Source: Chloroflexota bacterium
GTDB lineage: Bacteria > Chloroflexota > UBA11872
Assembly: GCA_965220135.1 (NCBI GenBank)
Contig: OZ244802.1
Span: 2,084,239-2,148,238, forward strand
Reading direction: 5' to 3'
DNA: 64,000 nt
The notes beneath the pieces are model-generated. The model was given only the letters and a program-made list of their open reading frames with translations. It did not search any database and had not been told where the DNA came from. This document shows, in pieces, positions 28,332-38,460 of this stretch. The position numbers and the translations under genes are program-made. How positions within the stretch are numbered: the stretch's first letter is position 1; every line of letters starts with the position of its first letter.

Positions 28332-29161
28332 AACCTTCGGCCGCGCCACCACTGAAACTCGCGATTGCCGGCCTCGGGGCGATCGGAGCCGAAGTCGCAC
28401 GCGCCGTCCGCGCCGGCGAAGCCCCGGGCGTTGAAATCGCAGCCGTTGTCGAACCGATACCGGGCCCCACCCGCGACCACCTCGCCGCCGCCGGCGTCCC
28501 CGTCCACATCGACCTCGAGACGCTCGATTGGGACAGCCTTGATGCTGTCCTGGAGGCCGCCTCCCAGGCCGCGCTACGCACCATCGCACCGCAGGTCCTG
28601 AAGCGAGGCGTCAACCTGGTCGCCCTTAGCGCGGGAGCCACTCTCGACGGCGATTTCCTCGCGTCGCTTCTGTCGGCCGCACAAGCTTCCGCGGCGCGCA
28701 TCTGGGTGCCCTCCGGCGCCATTGGCGCACTCGACGTAATTCGCGCTGCCCGCGTGGGCGACGTGGCATCGATCACCCTGACCACCACCAAGCCTCCAGT
28801 GGCCCTGGCGGACGCGCCCTGGGTCGTCGAGCAAGGCATCGATCTGACCTCCATCGACGAGCGACGCGTGATCTTCTCCGGCGGCCCCGTGGAGGCCGTA
28901 CGTGGCTTCCCGCAGAACGTCAACGTGGCGGCGCTGCTGGCGCTGGCTGCGGACGACCCGGACCGGCTGCGCGTAACCGTGGTGGCCGATCCCGCCGCGC
29001 CCGGCAACGTCCACGAGGTAGAAGCGATTGGGTCCTTCGGAAGCATGCGGCTGCGCCTCGAAAACCGGCCCAGCGAGACCAACCCCAAGACCAGCGCCCT
29101 GGCCGCCCAGAGCGTGATCGCGCTCCTCCGCCAACTCGGCTCGCCGCTCCGCTTCGCCTAA
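28328..29161 (+). CDS. nadX: L-aspartate dehydrogenase-like (NadX/DUF108 family)
   Basis: This is the 3' part of the track ORF 27479..29161; the 5' part of that ORF is an out-of-frame overlap with lpd. The Rossmann start reads LKLAIAGLGAIG, and the C-terminus reads ENRPSETNPKTSALAAQSVIALL. No ATG or GTG start is present; the candidates are CTG at 28328 (overlapping the lpd TGA) or CTG at 28352. Confidence 0.55.
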   Translation: MKPSAAPPLKLAIAGLGAIGAEVARAVRAGEAPGVEIAAVVEPIPGPTRDHLAAAGVPVHIDLETLDWDSLDAVLEAASQAALRTIAPQVLKRGVNLVALSAGATLDGDFLASLLSAAQASAARIWVPSGAIGALDVIRAARVGDVASITLTTTKPPVALADAPWVVEQGIDLTSIDERRVIFSGGPVEAVRGFPQNVNVAALLALAADDPDRLRVTVVADPAAPGNVHEVEAIGSFGSMRLRLENRPSETNPKTSALAAQSVIALLRQLGSPLRFA

Positions 29162-29269
29162 CTCCTGGTTCAGCGCGTTTCCAACAGCGAGGATCAGCCA
29201 GAGGTCGTCGCGGAAGCGCTCACTGGGGAATAGCGGCGCGTGCAGCTTCGGCGCCGTTGAGCTTGGGGC

Positions 29270-30625
29270 CTAGTTGACCAGCACTTCCAGGCGGCGCTTG
29301 CGCACGACCTCACGACCGCCCTGGTACACGGAAACCGTCCGGGCGATGTTGCAGATGTTCTCGGCCGCATCTCCGTCCACGACCAGCAGATCGGCCTGAT
29401 ACCCGGCACGAAGCGATCCCGTTAGGTTGCTCAGTCCTATGGCGTCCGCGGCGGCGCCAGTCACCAAATGCACGGCGTCCACCGGCGTGGTATCCAGCGC
29501 AACCACGGCGCTGATGACCGACAGCGGGAACTCGTGAAACGGCGTATCGATGACCCCTGCGTCCGTGGAAACAACGTGCGGCACCCCTCGCTCGCGCATG
29601 TAGCGGAAATTCGCCCCGGCGGCGCGGATGCGTTCGCGCTCATCGGCCGGCAACGCATCCAGGTGCGCCATGTCACGAAACGGCGTGCGATTCATTGCCG
29701 CCAGCGTCATGTGGACCGACTGGTGAGTCGCGTCGATACGCTCCACGGCCTCTTCATCCATCGTCGACTGCCCGCGGATCCCATCGGCTGTAAGCCACGA
29801 GCAGTGCTCCAGGGTATCCACACCCGCATCGATGGCGTCACGGCATCCATCCGCGCCCAACACGTGGGCGGCAACGTGACGCTTGAGGCGATGAGCGTCC
29901 GTGACCAACGCACGGAGGGTCGCCAGGTCGTATTGCGAGTGCCCGGCCTGCGACCCGGGCGTCATCATCCCGCCGGTGGCCATCACCTTGATGAAGTCGG
30001 CGCCGGCTTCGACCATCTGGCGAACGGCGCGAATTACCTCATCGTGCGTGTTGGCGCGCAGCCCGCACCAATTCAGATGCCCGCCCGTCGTCGTGATTGG
30101 CGCTCCGCACACGAGCAGGCGCGGACCCAGGAACATCCCGGCACGCTGCGCGTCGCGAATCAGCATGTTCAGCGCGCGGTATCCACCGGTGTCACGCATC
30201 GTGGTCACCCCGGTCGCCAGCGCCCGCTGGGCGTTCTGGATGGCCGTAATGACGCGTTCCTCATTGGAGGCGGACTTATGCACGGCCAGCGTCTGCTCGT
30301 GACTCGAATACGCGCCGAACTGCAGGTGGCAATGGCAATCGATCAGGCCGGGCATCAGCGTGGCGTCGCCGTAGTCCACAACCTCCGCGTCGTCCGCCAG
30401 CGGACGCGCCGGGCCCGCATAGGTTATGAGGCCGTCACTGACCACCACCTCGGCGTCGTAGCACGGATCCGCCCCAGTGCCGTCAATCAGCGTGGAAGCA
30501 CGCAGGACCAGATCGGGCATCGCTATTGAACTCGCGGCCATGGTCGGGCGCAGTATCTTAGCCGCCCGCCAGGGTGTCTTTTGGGCAGGCAGGCCCTTGA
30601 TCTCCCCGCTCGCGATTCGGTCCAA
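29270..30625 (-). CDS. amidohydrolase family protein (metal-dependent hydrolase, Amidohydro_1-like)
   Basis: The HxH motif is in LIDCHCHLQ, with downstream metal-ligand histidines. The start is probably an internal ATG around 30520. Confidence 0.65.
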   Translation of the reverse strand: MDRIASGEIKGLPAQKTPWRAAKILRPTMAASSIAMPDLVLRASTLIDGTGADPCYDAEVVVSDGLITYAGPARPLADDAEVVDYGDATLMPGLIDCHCHLQFGAYSSHEQTLAVHKSASNEERVITAIQNAQRALATGVTTMRDTGGYRALNMLIRDAQRAGMFLGPRLLVCGAPITTTGGHLNWCGLRANTHDEVIRAVRQMVEAGADFIKVMATGGMMTPGSQAGHSQYDLATLRALVTDAHRLKRHVAAHVLGADGCRDAIDAGVDTLEHCSWLTADGIRGQSTMDEEAVERIDATHQSVHMTLAAMNRTPFRDMAHLDALPADERERIRAAGANFRYMRERGVPHVVSTDAGVIDTPFHEFPLSVISAVVALDTTPVDAVHLVTGAAADAIGLSNLTGSLRAGYQADLLVVDGDAAENICNIARTVSVYQGGREVVRKRRLEVLVN

Positions 30626-32537
30626 GCGCCTTGAGCCTGGATCAATGACTAAGGAAGTGATGGCCTATCGGACACCACTCCGGCAAGAGAGTGTCGAATG
30701 GAGTGCTGCGATAGGGCAGTATTGGCACATGGCAATACAGACCTCCGCGCCCGTGCTTGTTGACATCGAGCACCTGCTTGACGGCGTCAAGAAGCCCGCC
30801 CAATACCTCGCGGGCGAGCACAACGCGCGCCAGAAGGACTGGGACTCGGCCCAAACCCGCCTCGCCCTTTGCTTCCCCGACGCCTACGAAATCGGCATGT
30901 CCAACCTGGCCATGGGCTTGCTCTACGAGCTGATCAACGACGACACCCCGCACCTCTGCGACCGCAGCTTCACCCCCTTGCCCGACATGGCCGACGCCAT
31001 GCGGGCCCAGAACCTCCCGCTCTTCGGCTGGGAGTCCCGCCGCCCCCTCCGCGACTTCCACATCCTCGGCTTCTCCATGAGCTATGAGAGCGGCAACACC
31101 AACGTCCTGGAAATGCTCGACCTCGCCGGCATCCCCATCGAGCGCATCGACCGTGCCGACGACGATCCAATCGTTCTCGGCGGCGGGTCCGCCGTCTCCA
31201 ACCCAGAACCCATGGCCGACTTCTTCGACCTCATCGCCGTCGGCGAAGGCGAAGACCTCCTCCAACAAGTGCTCAACCTGCACGCCGAATTCGACCGCTC
31301 CCAACCCGGCTGGCGCCACGACTTCATCGCCGCCGCCGGCCGCACCATCCCCGGCATCTACGCCCCCGGCCTTTACGAACCCCAATACGCCGCCGACGGC
31401 GCCTTCCTCGGCCACCGGTGCCTGCGGGACGACCTCCCCGAGAAAATCGCTCGCCAATACGTCGACATCGACGAATACAGCGGCCCTCGTCTCCCCGTTG
31501 TCCCCAACACCGGCGTCGTCCACGACCGCATTGCCGTCGAACTCGACCGCGGCTGCGCCCGCGCCTGCCGCTTCTGCCAGGCCGGCTACCTCTACCGCCC
31601 CGTCCGTCATCGCCGTAAGGACCTCGTCGAGCAAGCCGTCGACCGCTGCCTTACCGCCACCGGCCAGAGCGAGGTCTCCCTCCTCTCGCTCAACGCTGTC
31701 GACTACGAGGGGCTAGATGGCCTGATCAACGACGTCTACGACTCGGCCGAGGACTATGTCCGCGTCTCCATCCCCTCAACCCGCGTTGAGACCTTCAACG
31801 TCGATGTCGCCGACGCCTTGCAACGCGGCGGCAAGCGCGGCGGCAGCCTCACCTTCGCCCCCGAAGCCGCCACCGCCCGCATGCGCCGCGTCATCAACAA
31901 GGAAATCTCCGACGAAGACCTGCTGGAAACCTGCGACATGGCCTTCCAGCGCGGCTTCCGCACCATCAAGCTCTACTTCATGATCGGCCAGCCCACCGAG
32001 ACCATTGAAGACGCCCAGGCCATCGCTCACCTGGCCAACCGCGTTATGGCCATCGGCCGCCGCCACCACGGCAAGCGCGCCAAGGTCAACGTCACCGTCT
32101 CCACCTTCATCCCCAAGCCCTTCACCCCCTTCCAGTGGCACCCGCAGGACCGTAGCGACGCCATTCGCGCCAAGCAGCAGGCCTGTTTCGACATCGCCCG
32201 CGACCGCAACATCCACCTCATGTGGCACGACCCCCAGGAAAGCCACATCGAGGCCCTGCTCGCCCTCGGCGATCGCCGCGTTGGCCGCGCCATCAAGGGC
32301 GCCTGGGAACGCGGGTGCCGCTTCGACGGCTGGATGGAACACCTGGAACCCGACCGCTGGTACGAAGCCATCGAAGCCGCCGGCCTCGACCTCGATTGGT
32401 ACATCCACCGCCAGCGCGACCCCGACGAACCCCTCCCCTGGGACCTCGTCGACATCTTCGTCAGCAAGCGCCTCCTCCAGCGCGAATACCAACGCGCCCT
32501 CGCCGACGCCGCCACCGAACCAGCCCCCGCCGCCTAG
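30477..32537 (+). CDS. B12-binding-domain radical SAM protein (TIGR03960-like)
   Basis: An N-terminal B12-binding-like region followed by a radical-SAM core (CxxxCxxC: CARACRFCQAGY), in a protein of roughly 620-680 aa. The probable start is ATG at 30660, preceded by AAGGAAG. Confidence 0.7.
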   Translation: MPSISVEARRTRSGIAIELAAMVGRSILAARQGVFWAGRPLISPLAIRSKRLEPGSMTKEVMAYRTPLRQESVEWSAAIGQYWHMAIQTSAPVLVDIEHLLDGVKKPAQYLAGEHNARQKDWDSAQTRLALCFPDAYEIGMSNLAMGLLYELINDDTPHLCDRSFTPLPDMADAMRAQNLPLFGWESRRPLRDFHILGFSMSYESGNTNVLEMLDLAGIPIERIDRADDDPIVLGGGSAVSNPEPMADFFDLIAVGEGEDLLQQVLNLHAEFDRSQPGWRHDFIAAAGRTIPGIYAPGLYEPQYAADGAFLGHRCLRDDLPEKIARQYVDIDEYSGPRLPVVPNTGVVHDRIAVELDRGCARACRFCQAGYLYRPVRHRRKDLVEQAVDRCLTATGQSEVSLLSLNAVDYEGLDGLINDVYDSAEDYVRVSIPSTRVETFNVDVADALQRGGKRGGSLTFAPEAATARMRRVINKEISDEDLLETCDMAFQRGFRTIKLYFMIGQPTETIEDAQAIAHLANRVMAIGRRHHGKRAKVNVTVSTFIPKPFTPFQWHPQDRSDAIRAKQQACFDIARDRNIHLMWHDPQESHIEALLALGDRRVGRAIKGAWERGCRFDGWMEHLEPDRWYEAIEAAGLDLDWYIHRQRDPDEPLPWDLVDIFVSKRLLQREYQRALADAATEPAPAA

Positions 32538-32677
32538 CCCGCCCATTGGCGAGCCGCGGCGCCGCTCCTTCCCACGAGCGCGTACAATCACGCAGGCACG
32601 GGCGGTCGCCGATCCACCGGTCCCCCTACGCCTGAACCGAGCGGAACGGGGAACTCTCGCGAACCGAGGAATCCCAC

Positions 32678-32869
32678 ATGTCGCCGGAATTGATCGGAAT
32701 CCTTGCTGTCGGTGCTGCCGTCATTGCCGTCGTCGTGGCCGTCTGGCGCGACGTTCGAACCGACGTTCGACACCTCACCAGCCGTGTCGACCACCTCACC
32801 GAGCGCGTCGCCCGAATCGAAGGCGTCATCGAAGGCGTCCTCGCCAGCCGCACCCAACCACCGTCGTAG
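32678..32869 (+). CDS. small membrane/coiled-coil protein (63 aa)
   Basis: A GAGGA sequence sits 8 nt upstream of the ATG. It has one TM helix and then the heptad-like HLTSRVDHLTERVARIEGVIEGV. Confidence 0.35.
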   Translation: MSPELIGILAVGAAVIAVVVAVWRDVRTDVRHLTSRVDHLTERVARIEGVIEGVLASRTQPPS

Positions 32870-32945
32870 ATCGGCACCGGCCGGTCGATCGGCAGGCCGG
32901 CCAACGAGCCACGTCAACCGGTTTGAGCGGCGTCGCAGTCGAACG

Positions 32946-33857
32946 TTAGCCCCGCGCCGGCTCGCCCATCTCCTCCCGCGCCTTCGCCACCAACGCAGGC
33001 AAATGGCCGTCATTCGCCATCCGCTGCTCCAGGTGCACCATCCGGTCCGGCCCCGCTGTTCTGACCATCGCCTCACCGTAAGCGCTCTCCGCCCAGAACC
33101 GCACCAGTGAGGCGACATCGCTTCGCAGCGTGTCCAGGTCCTCGTCGTCAAAGCGCTCCGACACGTTGATCGTGAACATCCGCCGCCGCGTCCCGCCGCC
33201 GTACGAGGCGTGCTTCAGGTCCTGGTTGAACATGATCAGGTCGCCCGGCTGCGTCTCCAGCGCCACCGCCGGCACCTCGGGACCTGAGACGCCGAAGGCC
33301 TCCTCGGTCTGGTCAACCCGGCTGGTGCTCATCAAGTCGTGCAGCGTATTTGCATACCCGTCGCGCCGGTGGTGGCTGCCCGGAATCACCCGCAGGCAGC
33401 CGGATTCGGCCGTCACCGGATCCAGGTAAAACGCGAACTTCAGAAATCGGTACTTCGTCCGCGCAAACCCGTCCGAGTGCCAGCGCGTATCGCCCACGTA
33501 GAAGTTCCCGTCGCTGGATTCGTAGTTGTAGTCGTTCCCCAGCAGCGCCGCGGCCACTCCATCGATCCGTGGGTCGTCAATCAGCGCGCTCAGGTACTCG
33601 CTCTGGTCGATGAACGGCACGAACGCCGACCGTTGCTTGTGGTCGTGCTCCCGCCATTGGTGACCGCCCCCACGCTCCGCCCAGACCCGCTCGAACTCCT
33701 CGCTGATCGCCTCCGCCTCGTCCGCAAACGCCCCCGGAAAGCTCAGATACCCAAACGTCTCGAAAAACCGCACCTGCTGCTCGGCTAGCTGCATCCCACC
33801 GACCTCCCGCACCTGGAGTGGCGCCGCATCCAGTCTAGGCCCACCGCCCACCGCCAA
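32946..33857 (-). CDS. phytanoyl-CoA dioxygenase (PhyH) family Fe(II)/2-oxoglutarate oxygenase
   Basis: The HxD...H facial triad context (WHSDG ... GSHH) and the overall PhyH pattern. The likely start is ATG at 33794. Confidence 0.65.
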   Translation of the reverse strand: MAVGGGPRLDAAPLQVREVGGMQLAEQQVRFFETFGYLSFPGAFADEAEAISEEFERVWAERGGGHQWREHDHKQRSAFVPFIDQSEYLSALIDDPRIDGVAAALLGNDYNYESSDGNFYVGDTRWHSDGFARTKYRFLKFAFYLDPVTAESGCLRVIPGSHHRRDGYANTLHDLMSTSRVDQTEEAFGVSGPEVPAVALETQPGDLIMFNQDLKHASYGGGTRRRMFTINVSERFDDEDLDTLRSDVASLVRFWAESAYGEAMVRTAGPDRMVHLEQRMANDGHLPALVAKAREEMGEPARG

Positions 33858-33890
33858 CCGCCCACAGTCCGGAATTCTCAGACGTGCGGC

Positions 33891-34274
33891 CTACGCTCGC
33901 TCATAGAGAGCCGTGCCTTCGCGAAGCGCGGCGTGAAGTACCGTTCCTACGACATGCCCGCGTCGCTCAATTTCTTCCGGCGTGGCCACGATGATGTCCT
34001 TGCTAACCGGCATGTCGGCCAGTGAACGCCGTATATCGATCGCGGCCTTTCGCTTGTCCGCGACACTTGGCATTACGACGAGCAGGTCCACGTCGCTCCA
34101 CTCGCTCGCGCTGCCCCGTGCCCGCGAACCGAACAGCACGACACGCGCCGGCTGAAACCGTCCAACAATGCGGTCAACCATCGTCGAAGTTACTGCGTCG
34201 GCATTCACGTCCCAGTTTTGCTCCTCCGCCGTCACCCCACCGGCGGCAGCTTGTACTCGATCAGCGTCGGACAC
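33891..34274 (-). CDS. nucleotidyltransferase (MNT-type) domain protein
   Basis: VVLFGSRARGSASEWSDVDLLVV is the GS...DxD minimal nucleotidyltransferase motif. No HEPN partner is present. The likely start is ATG at 34181. Confidence 0.6.
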   Translation of the reverse strand: MSDADRVQAAAGGVTAEEQNWDVNADAVTSTMVDRIVGRFQPARVVLFGSRARGSASEWSDVDLLVVMPSVADKRKAAIDIRRSLADMPVSKDIIVATPEEIERRGHVVGTVLHAALREGTALYERA

Positions 34275-35848
34275 CGTCGCGCCAGCCCGCGCTCAACCGC
34301 CGCGCCCAGCGCTTCGGGCGTTTCCACACCTTCGGCCGCGGCCCCGAACGACTTCCCAAACGCCACGAAGTCCGGGTTGTGCAACCGCACGTCCACCGTG
34401 CGCCCGCCAAAATTCCCGCGGAAATTGCCGTCAATGGCTGCGTACGACGAGTCGTTGAACACCACCGCCACCACCGGCAACTGCTCCCGCACCGCCGTGG
34501 CCAGTTCCTCGGCAGTAAACAGGAACCCGCCGTCCCCGCTCAGCGACAACACCGGCCGTTCCGGGCACGCCACCTGCGCCCCGATCGCCGCCGGCAGGCT
34601 GAATCCCAGCGTCCCGAAATAGATCGGAAACATGTACGACCGCGGCTGATCCACCGGAAACAGTCCGGCTGACCGATAGCTGGTCATCGTCATGTCATTC
34701 ACCAGCACGCCGTTCTCGGGCAACACCCGCCGCAGCTCAGCCAGGATGTCTGCCGACCTCGGATCATCCGCGGCGTCATGGGGATTGCGTCGGCGCGCGC
34801 GCATGCCCTCCGCAATGTTCGGAGCCTCCGGTGGCGGCTCATCCGGCAGCGCCTCCAGCAGTTCGCTCACCGCCGCGGCGGCATCAGCCTGGATCGACAC
34901 GGCGTTCTCCCGGTGCCGGCCCAGTTCGGCCGCCGAACGATCGACTTGGATCAACGTCTCCGGCAGGGGCATTCGGTCGTCATCGGTCACCCGTGCTCCC
35001 AGGCGGCAGCCCACCACCAGCGCCACGTCCCGCGTCCGCAGCAACTCGTACAGGCTCTCGTCCAACCGGTGCTTGCAGCCCAGCGACAACGGATGCGACT
35101 CGGGGAACGCCCCCTTCCCCGTCTGGGCCGTCAGCACCGGCGCCTGCAGCCGCTCCGCCAGCGCCTCGACCTCCGACCCCGCGTCCATCGCCCCGCTGCC
35201 CAGGAAAATCAGCGGAGCATCAGCCGCCGCTAACAGCTCGGCCGCCCGATCCACGACGGCCGAATCCGGCGGGGACACCGTCGCCGCATCCGCGCCGTCT
35301 AACGCAACCTCGTCCGTCGCAATCAACAGGTCCAGCGGGATTTCGACGCTGGCTGGACCCGGCCGATCGGTTGTAATCACCTCCATGGCTCGCGTTACCG
35401 CGCCTGGGATTGCCGGAACCGTCTCCACCAATTCGTGGTGACCCACCAGGGCCCGCAGAACGCCGGACTGGTCCCGCAACTCATGCAGCTCGCCGGCTTC
35501 CGGTGTGCGCGAAGCCGGACCCAGCGCCGTCGCGATGTGCAACACCGGCGACGACTCCGCATACGCCTCACCCAACCCGGTTGCCGCGTTGGTGATTCCC
35601 GGCCCGGTAATCGTCGCTACGCAGGCCACCCGGCCCGAGGCTCGCGCATAGCCGTCCGCCATGAAGGCCGCGCCCTGCTCGTGACGCGTGATCACCACCC
35701 GCATGTCCGGCGCGTCCAGCAGCGCGTCATACAACCCGCCGTTATGCACGCCGGGAATCCCGAACAGTGTTGTCACGCCCGCCTGGCGCATCCCGGCCAC
35801 CAGGGCCTGCCCACCCGTCATCTGCGGCATCGGCGCCAACTCCCGCAA
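34232..35848 (-). CDS. thiamine-pyrophosphate-dependent enzyme (acetolactate synthase-like family)
   Basis: TPP_enzyme N, M and C domains: GIPGVHN...ITGPGITNA; GDGGF...NDSSYAAI. Confidence 0.75.
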   Translation of the reverse strand: MRELAPMPQMTGGQALVAGMRQAGVTTLFGIPGVHNGGLYDALLDAPDMRVVITRHEQGAAFMADGYARASGRVACVATITGPGITNAATGLGEAYAESSPVLHIATALGPASRTPEAGELHELRDQSGVLRALVGHHELVETVPAIPGAVTRAMEVITTDRPGPASVEIPLDLLIATDEVALDGADAATVSPPDSAVVDRAAELLAAADAPLIFLGSGAMDAGSEVEALAERLQAPVLTAQTGKGAFPESHPLSLGCKHRLDESLYELLRTRDVALVVGCRLGARVTDDDRMPLPETLIQVDRSAAELGRHRENAVSIQADAAAAVSELLEALPDEPPPEAPNIAEGMRARRRNPHDAADDPRSADILAELRRVLPENGVLVNDMTMTSYRSAGLFPVDQPRSYMFPIYFGTLGFSLPAAIGAQVACPERPVLSLSGDGGFLFTAEELATAVREQLPVVAVVFNDSSYAAIDGNFRGNFGGRTVDVRLHNPDFVAFGKSFGAAAEGVETPEALGAAVERGLARRCPTLIEYKLPPVG

Positions 35849-35965
35849 CTGCTATTGGAGCGCTGCGGCAGCGCTCCCGGCCAGCCTAGCGAACCTCCCC
35901 CCGATCGCTCAGGCCGCCCGTAGAATCCACCATCGCCCCGGGGTCCGCGCCCCGGATATCTGCTG

Positions 35966-37345
35966 ATGAACCCCAGCGCCTCCACCACTGACACCATCGC
36001 CGCCATCGCCACCCCCGTGGGTGCTGGCGGCATCGGCATTGTGCGAGTCAGCGGACCGGAATCCCTCTGGATTGCCCGTCGCCTCACCCGTCGCGCCCGC
36101 GACCCCAAACCCCGCTACGCCCACCTCGCGCGGGTCTACGACGGCAACAACGACCTGATCGACCAGGCCCTCCTGCTCTTCATGCCCGCCCCCCGCTCCT
36201 ATACCGGCGAGGACGTCGCCGAGCTCAGTTGCCACGGCGGCCCCGTGGCCCTGCGCCGCGTCCTGGACAGCGCGCTGGCGGCCGGTGCGCGTCCCGCCGG
36301 CCCCGGCGAATTCACCCTCCGCGCCTTCCTCAACGGCCGTCTCGACCTCGCTCAGGCCGAAGCCGTCGCCGACCTCGTCGCCGCCCCCACCCCCGCCGCC
36401 CTCGCCGTCGCCGCCAACCAGCTCGCCGGCCGCCTCTCCGATGCCGTTGGCGAGATGCGCTCGGCCTGCCTCGATCTCCTCGCCCAGATGGAAGCCGAAG
36501 TCGACTTCGACGAAGACGAAGTCCCGCCCATGGACCGCGCCCTCCTGGCCGCCACGTTGGACTCGTTGCAACTACGCCTCGAGGAAGCCCTGGCCACTGC
36601 CGGACGCGGAATCATGCAGCGCCACGGCGTCCGGGTTGCCCTGGTCGGCAGCCCCAACGTCGGCAAGTCCTCGCTCATGAATGCGCTGCTCAGCACCGAC
36701 CGCGCCATCGTCACCGAGATCCCGGGCACCACTCGCGACGTCCTCGAAGAGTCCTTCGACCTCGACGGCGTCCCCATCGTCCTCAACGACACCGCCGGCC
36801 TGCGCGACACCCGCGACCCCGTCGAATCCCTGGGCGTCGAACGCACTTCCCGCGCTCTCGAGGGCGCCGACGCCGTCGTCCTGGTGCTCGACGCCAGCCG
36901 CCCCCTCCTCGGCAACGACGAGACTGCGGCCGAGCGCGTCCGCCGGGCCGCCAAGCCCACCATCGTCGCCCTCAACAAGCGCGATTTGCCCCACGCGGTC
37001 CGTGCCGCCGACGTTAGCGACCTTGCTCCCAACGCCCCCGTCGTCCACACCGCCGCCATCCGCGAGGATGTCAACGAACTACGCGAAGCCCTTCGCCACG
37101 TGACTGGCCTGGCCGGCGCCGACGGCGGCCTGGCCCTCGTGGCCAGCGTCCGCCATCATGAAGCCCTCACCCGCGCCCGCGACGAGCTTGCCGGCGCCCG
37201 TCGCGCCGTCGCCGAGGACCAGCCCTCCGACCTCGTCAGCATCGGCGTCCGCGGCGCCGTCAACGCCCTCGGCGAAATCACCGGCGAATCCGCCACCGAA
37301 GACCTGCTCGACGTCATCTTCTCCAAATTCTGCATCGGCAAGTGA
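35966..37345 (+). CDS. mnmE: tRNA uridine-5-carboxymethylaminomethyl modification GTPase
   Basis: An N-terminal TrmE domain, a G domain (GSPNVGKSSLMNAL) and the family-specific C-terminal FCIGK. Confidence 0.9.
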   Translation: MNPSASTTDTIAAIATPVGAGGIGIVRVSGPESLWIARRLTRRARDPKPRYAHLARVYDGNNDLIDQALLLFMPAPRSYTGEDVAELSCHGGPVALRRVLDSALAAGARPAGPGEFTLRAFLNGRLDLAQAEAVADLVAAPTPAALAVAANQLAGRLSDAVGEMRSACLDLLAQMEAEVDFDEDEVPPMDRALLAATLDSLQLRLEEALATAGRGIMQRHGVRVALVGSPNVGKSSLMNALLSTDRAIVTEIPGTTRDVLEESFDLDGVPIVLNDTAGLRDTRDPVESLGVERTSRALEGADAVVLVLDASRPLLGNDETAAERVRRAAKPTIVALNKRDLPHAVRAADVSDLAPNAPVVHTAAIREDVNELREALRHVTGLAGADGGLALVASVRHHEALTRARDELAGARRAVAEDQPSDLVSIGVRGAVNALGEITGESATEDLLDVIFSKFCIGK

Positions 37346-37361
37346 GCCGCAGCCGCTCGGG

Positions 37362-37856
37362 CTAATCAATGCTCAGCGTCACCGAGCCGGTCGGCCCGTC
37401 ATACGTCAGCCGCGCATGACGTAGAAAGTGCCGGCCAATCAGCGCGTGGAACGGCATGCTCTCAGAGGCCAGTTGAACACCCGCAAAATACCCGGCGATC
37501 ACCCAATGTAGGCTCGGAATATATAGCTGGGCGCGATATGTGGTGACCTCGCGACTCCCCAGCACACCGGCCACGCGCTGACGTCCGGCGACCGGGAGGT
37601 AGAGCGCGTGGGCCAGATCGGCGTCGATAGAAGTCTCTTGGGCGCCTGTATCTACTAGCGCGGCGTGGCGCAACGCTGGGACCTTGGGGACGGGATCCCC
37701 GGGTTGGTAGGAATGGTCGAAACCGATCCGGACCCGCAGTGTCGGTCCGTGGCGAGCTAGATCCGCCGGGAAGTCCGCAAACCCGCACTCAACCGTCGGC
37801 AACGGGGATGACGAACTGCGGCGGAACCCACGAAGACGATGACATGTCGACGCCAA
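37362..37856 (-). CDS. retropepsin-like (clan AA) aspartic protease domain protein
   Basis: ALVDTGAQETSID contains the D-T/S-G-A active-site motif. It is about 160 aa and overlaps the 3' end of the upstream small gene. Confidence 0.6.
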   Translation of the reverse strand: MASTCHRLRGFRRSSSSPLPTVECGFADFPADLARHGPTLRVRIGFDHSYQPGDPVPKVPALRHAALVDTGAQETSIDADLAHALYLPVAGRQRVAGVLGSREVTTYRAQLYIPSLHWVIAGYFAGVQLASESMPFHALIGRHFLRHARLTYDGPTGSVTLSID

Positions 37857-38088
37857 CCTCGCGGATCAGGTACGGACCTCGCCCAAATCGCCGAGAAGCA
37901 ACAGCGGAGGCGTCCCAGAAGTCGTCGTAGGCCCCGATGAGTTGCTCGTCGTGCACGATCACCCACTTGCCCATGTGCTCGCGCTCCAGGTCGTCCTGCA
38001 TGCGCTCGTACGCCGCGATCTCAACCTCGATGTCAGCCATAGTCGTCCCAGGTGGTGCCGTCACAACAGTTATACCCCACGCCGCCAA
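37789..38088 (-). CDS. small hypothetical protein, tandem copy 1 (about 83 aa from MADIEVEIAAYERMQ)
   Basis: Paralogous to 38152..38460 (MADIEVEIAAYERMQDDLEREHMGKWVIVHDEQLIGAYDDF...RRFGRGPYLIREVG). The likely start is ATG at 38040. Confidence 0.5.
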   Translation of the reverse strand: MAAWGITVVTAPPGTTMADIEVEIAAYERMQDDLEREHMGKWVIVHDEQLIGAYDDFWDASAVASRRFGRGPYLIREVGVDMSSSSWVPPQFVIPVADG

Positions 38089-38151
38089 CCAGGCGCACGA
38101 GACCGACTGCCGGAGCCGTCGAACAACTCGGCCCGACAGCTAGAGCCGAAT

Positions 38152-38460
38152 TCAGCTGTAGGAACCGGCCTTTTGGAAAATGGTCGGAATCCACGGTTTC
38201 AACGGTTTCGCGCCAACTTGGTGAAGCAGAAACGGGCCACGCCCAAAACGTCGGACCCCAAGCTGAGCCGCGTCCTCGAAGTCCTCGAATGCCCCAATCA
38301 ACTGCTCGTCGTGCACGAGCACCCACTTGCCCATGTGCTCGCGCTCCAGGTCGCTCTGCATACGTTCGTACGCCGCGACCTCCACCTCGATGTCAGCCAT
38401 GGTCGTCCCAGATCGTGCCGGCACGACACGTATACCCCACGCCAACAACCGGGAGCTCAA
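38152..38460 (-). CDS. small hypothetical protein, tandem copy 2
   Basis: MADIEVEVAAYERMQSDLEREHMGKWVLVHDEQLIGAFEDF...RRFGRGPFLLHQVG. The likely start is ATG at 38400. Confidence 0.5.
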   Translation of the reverse strand: MSSRLLAWGIRVVPARSGTTMADIEVEVAAYERMQSDLEREHMGKWVLVHDEQLIGAFEDFEDAAQLGVRRFGRGPFLLHQVGAKPLKPWIPTIFQKAGSYS

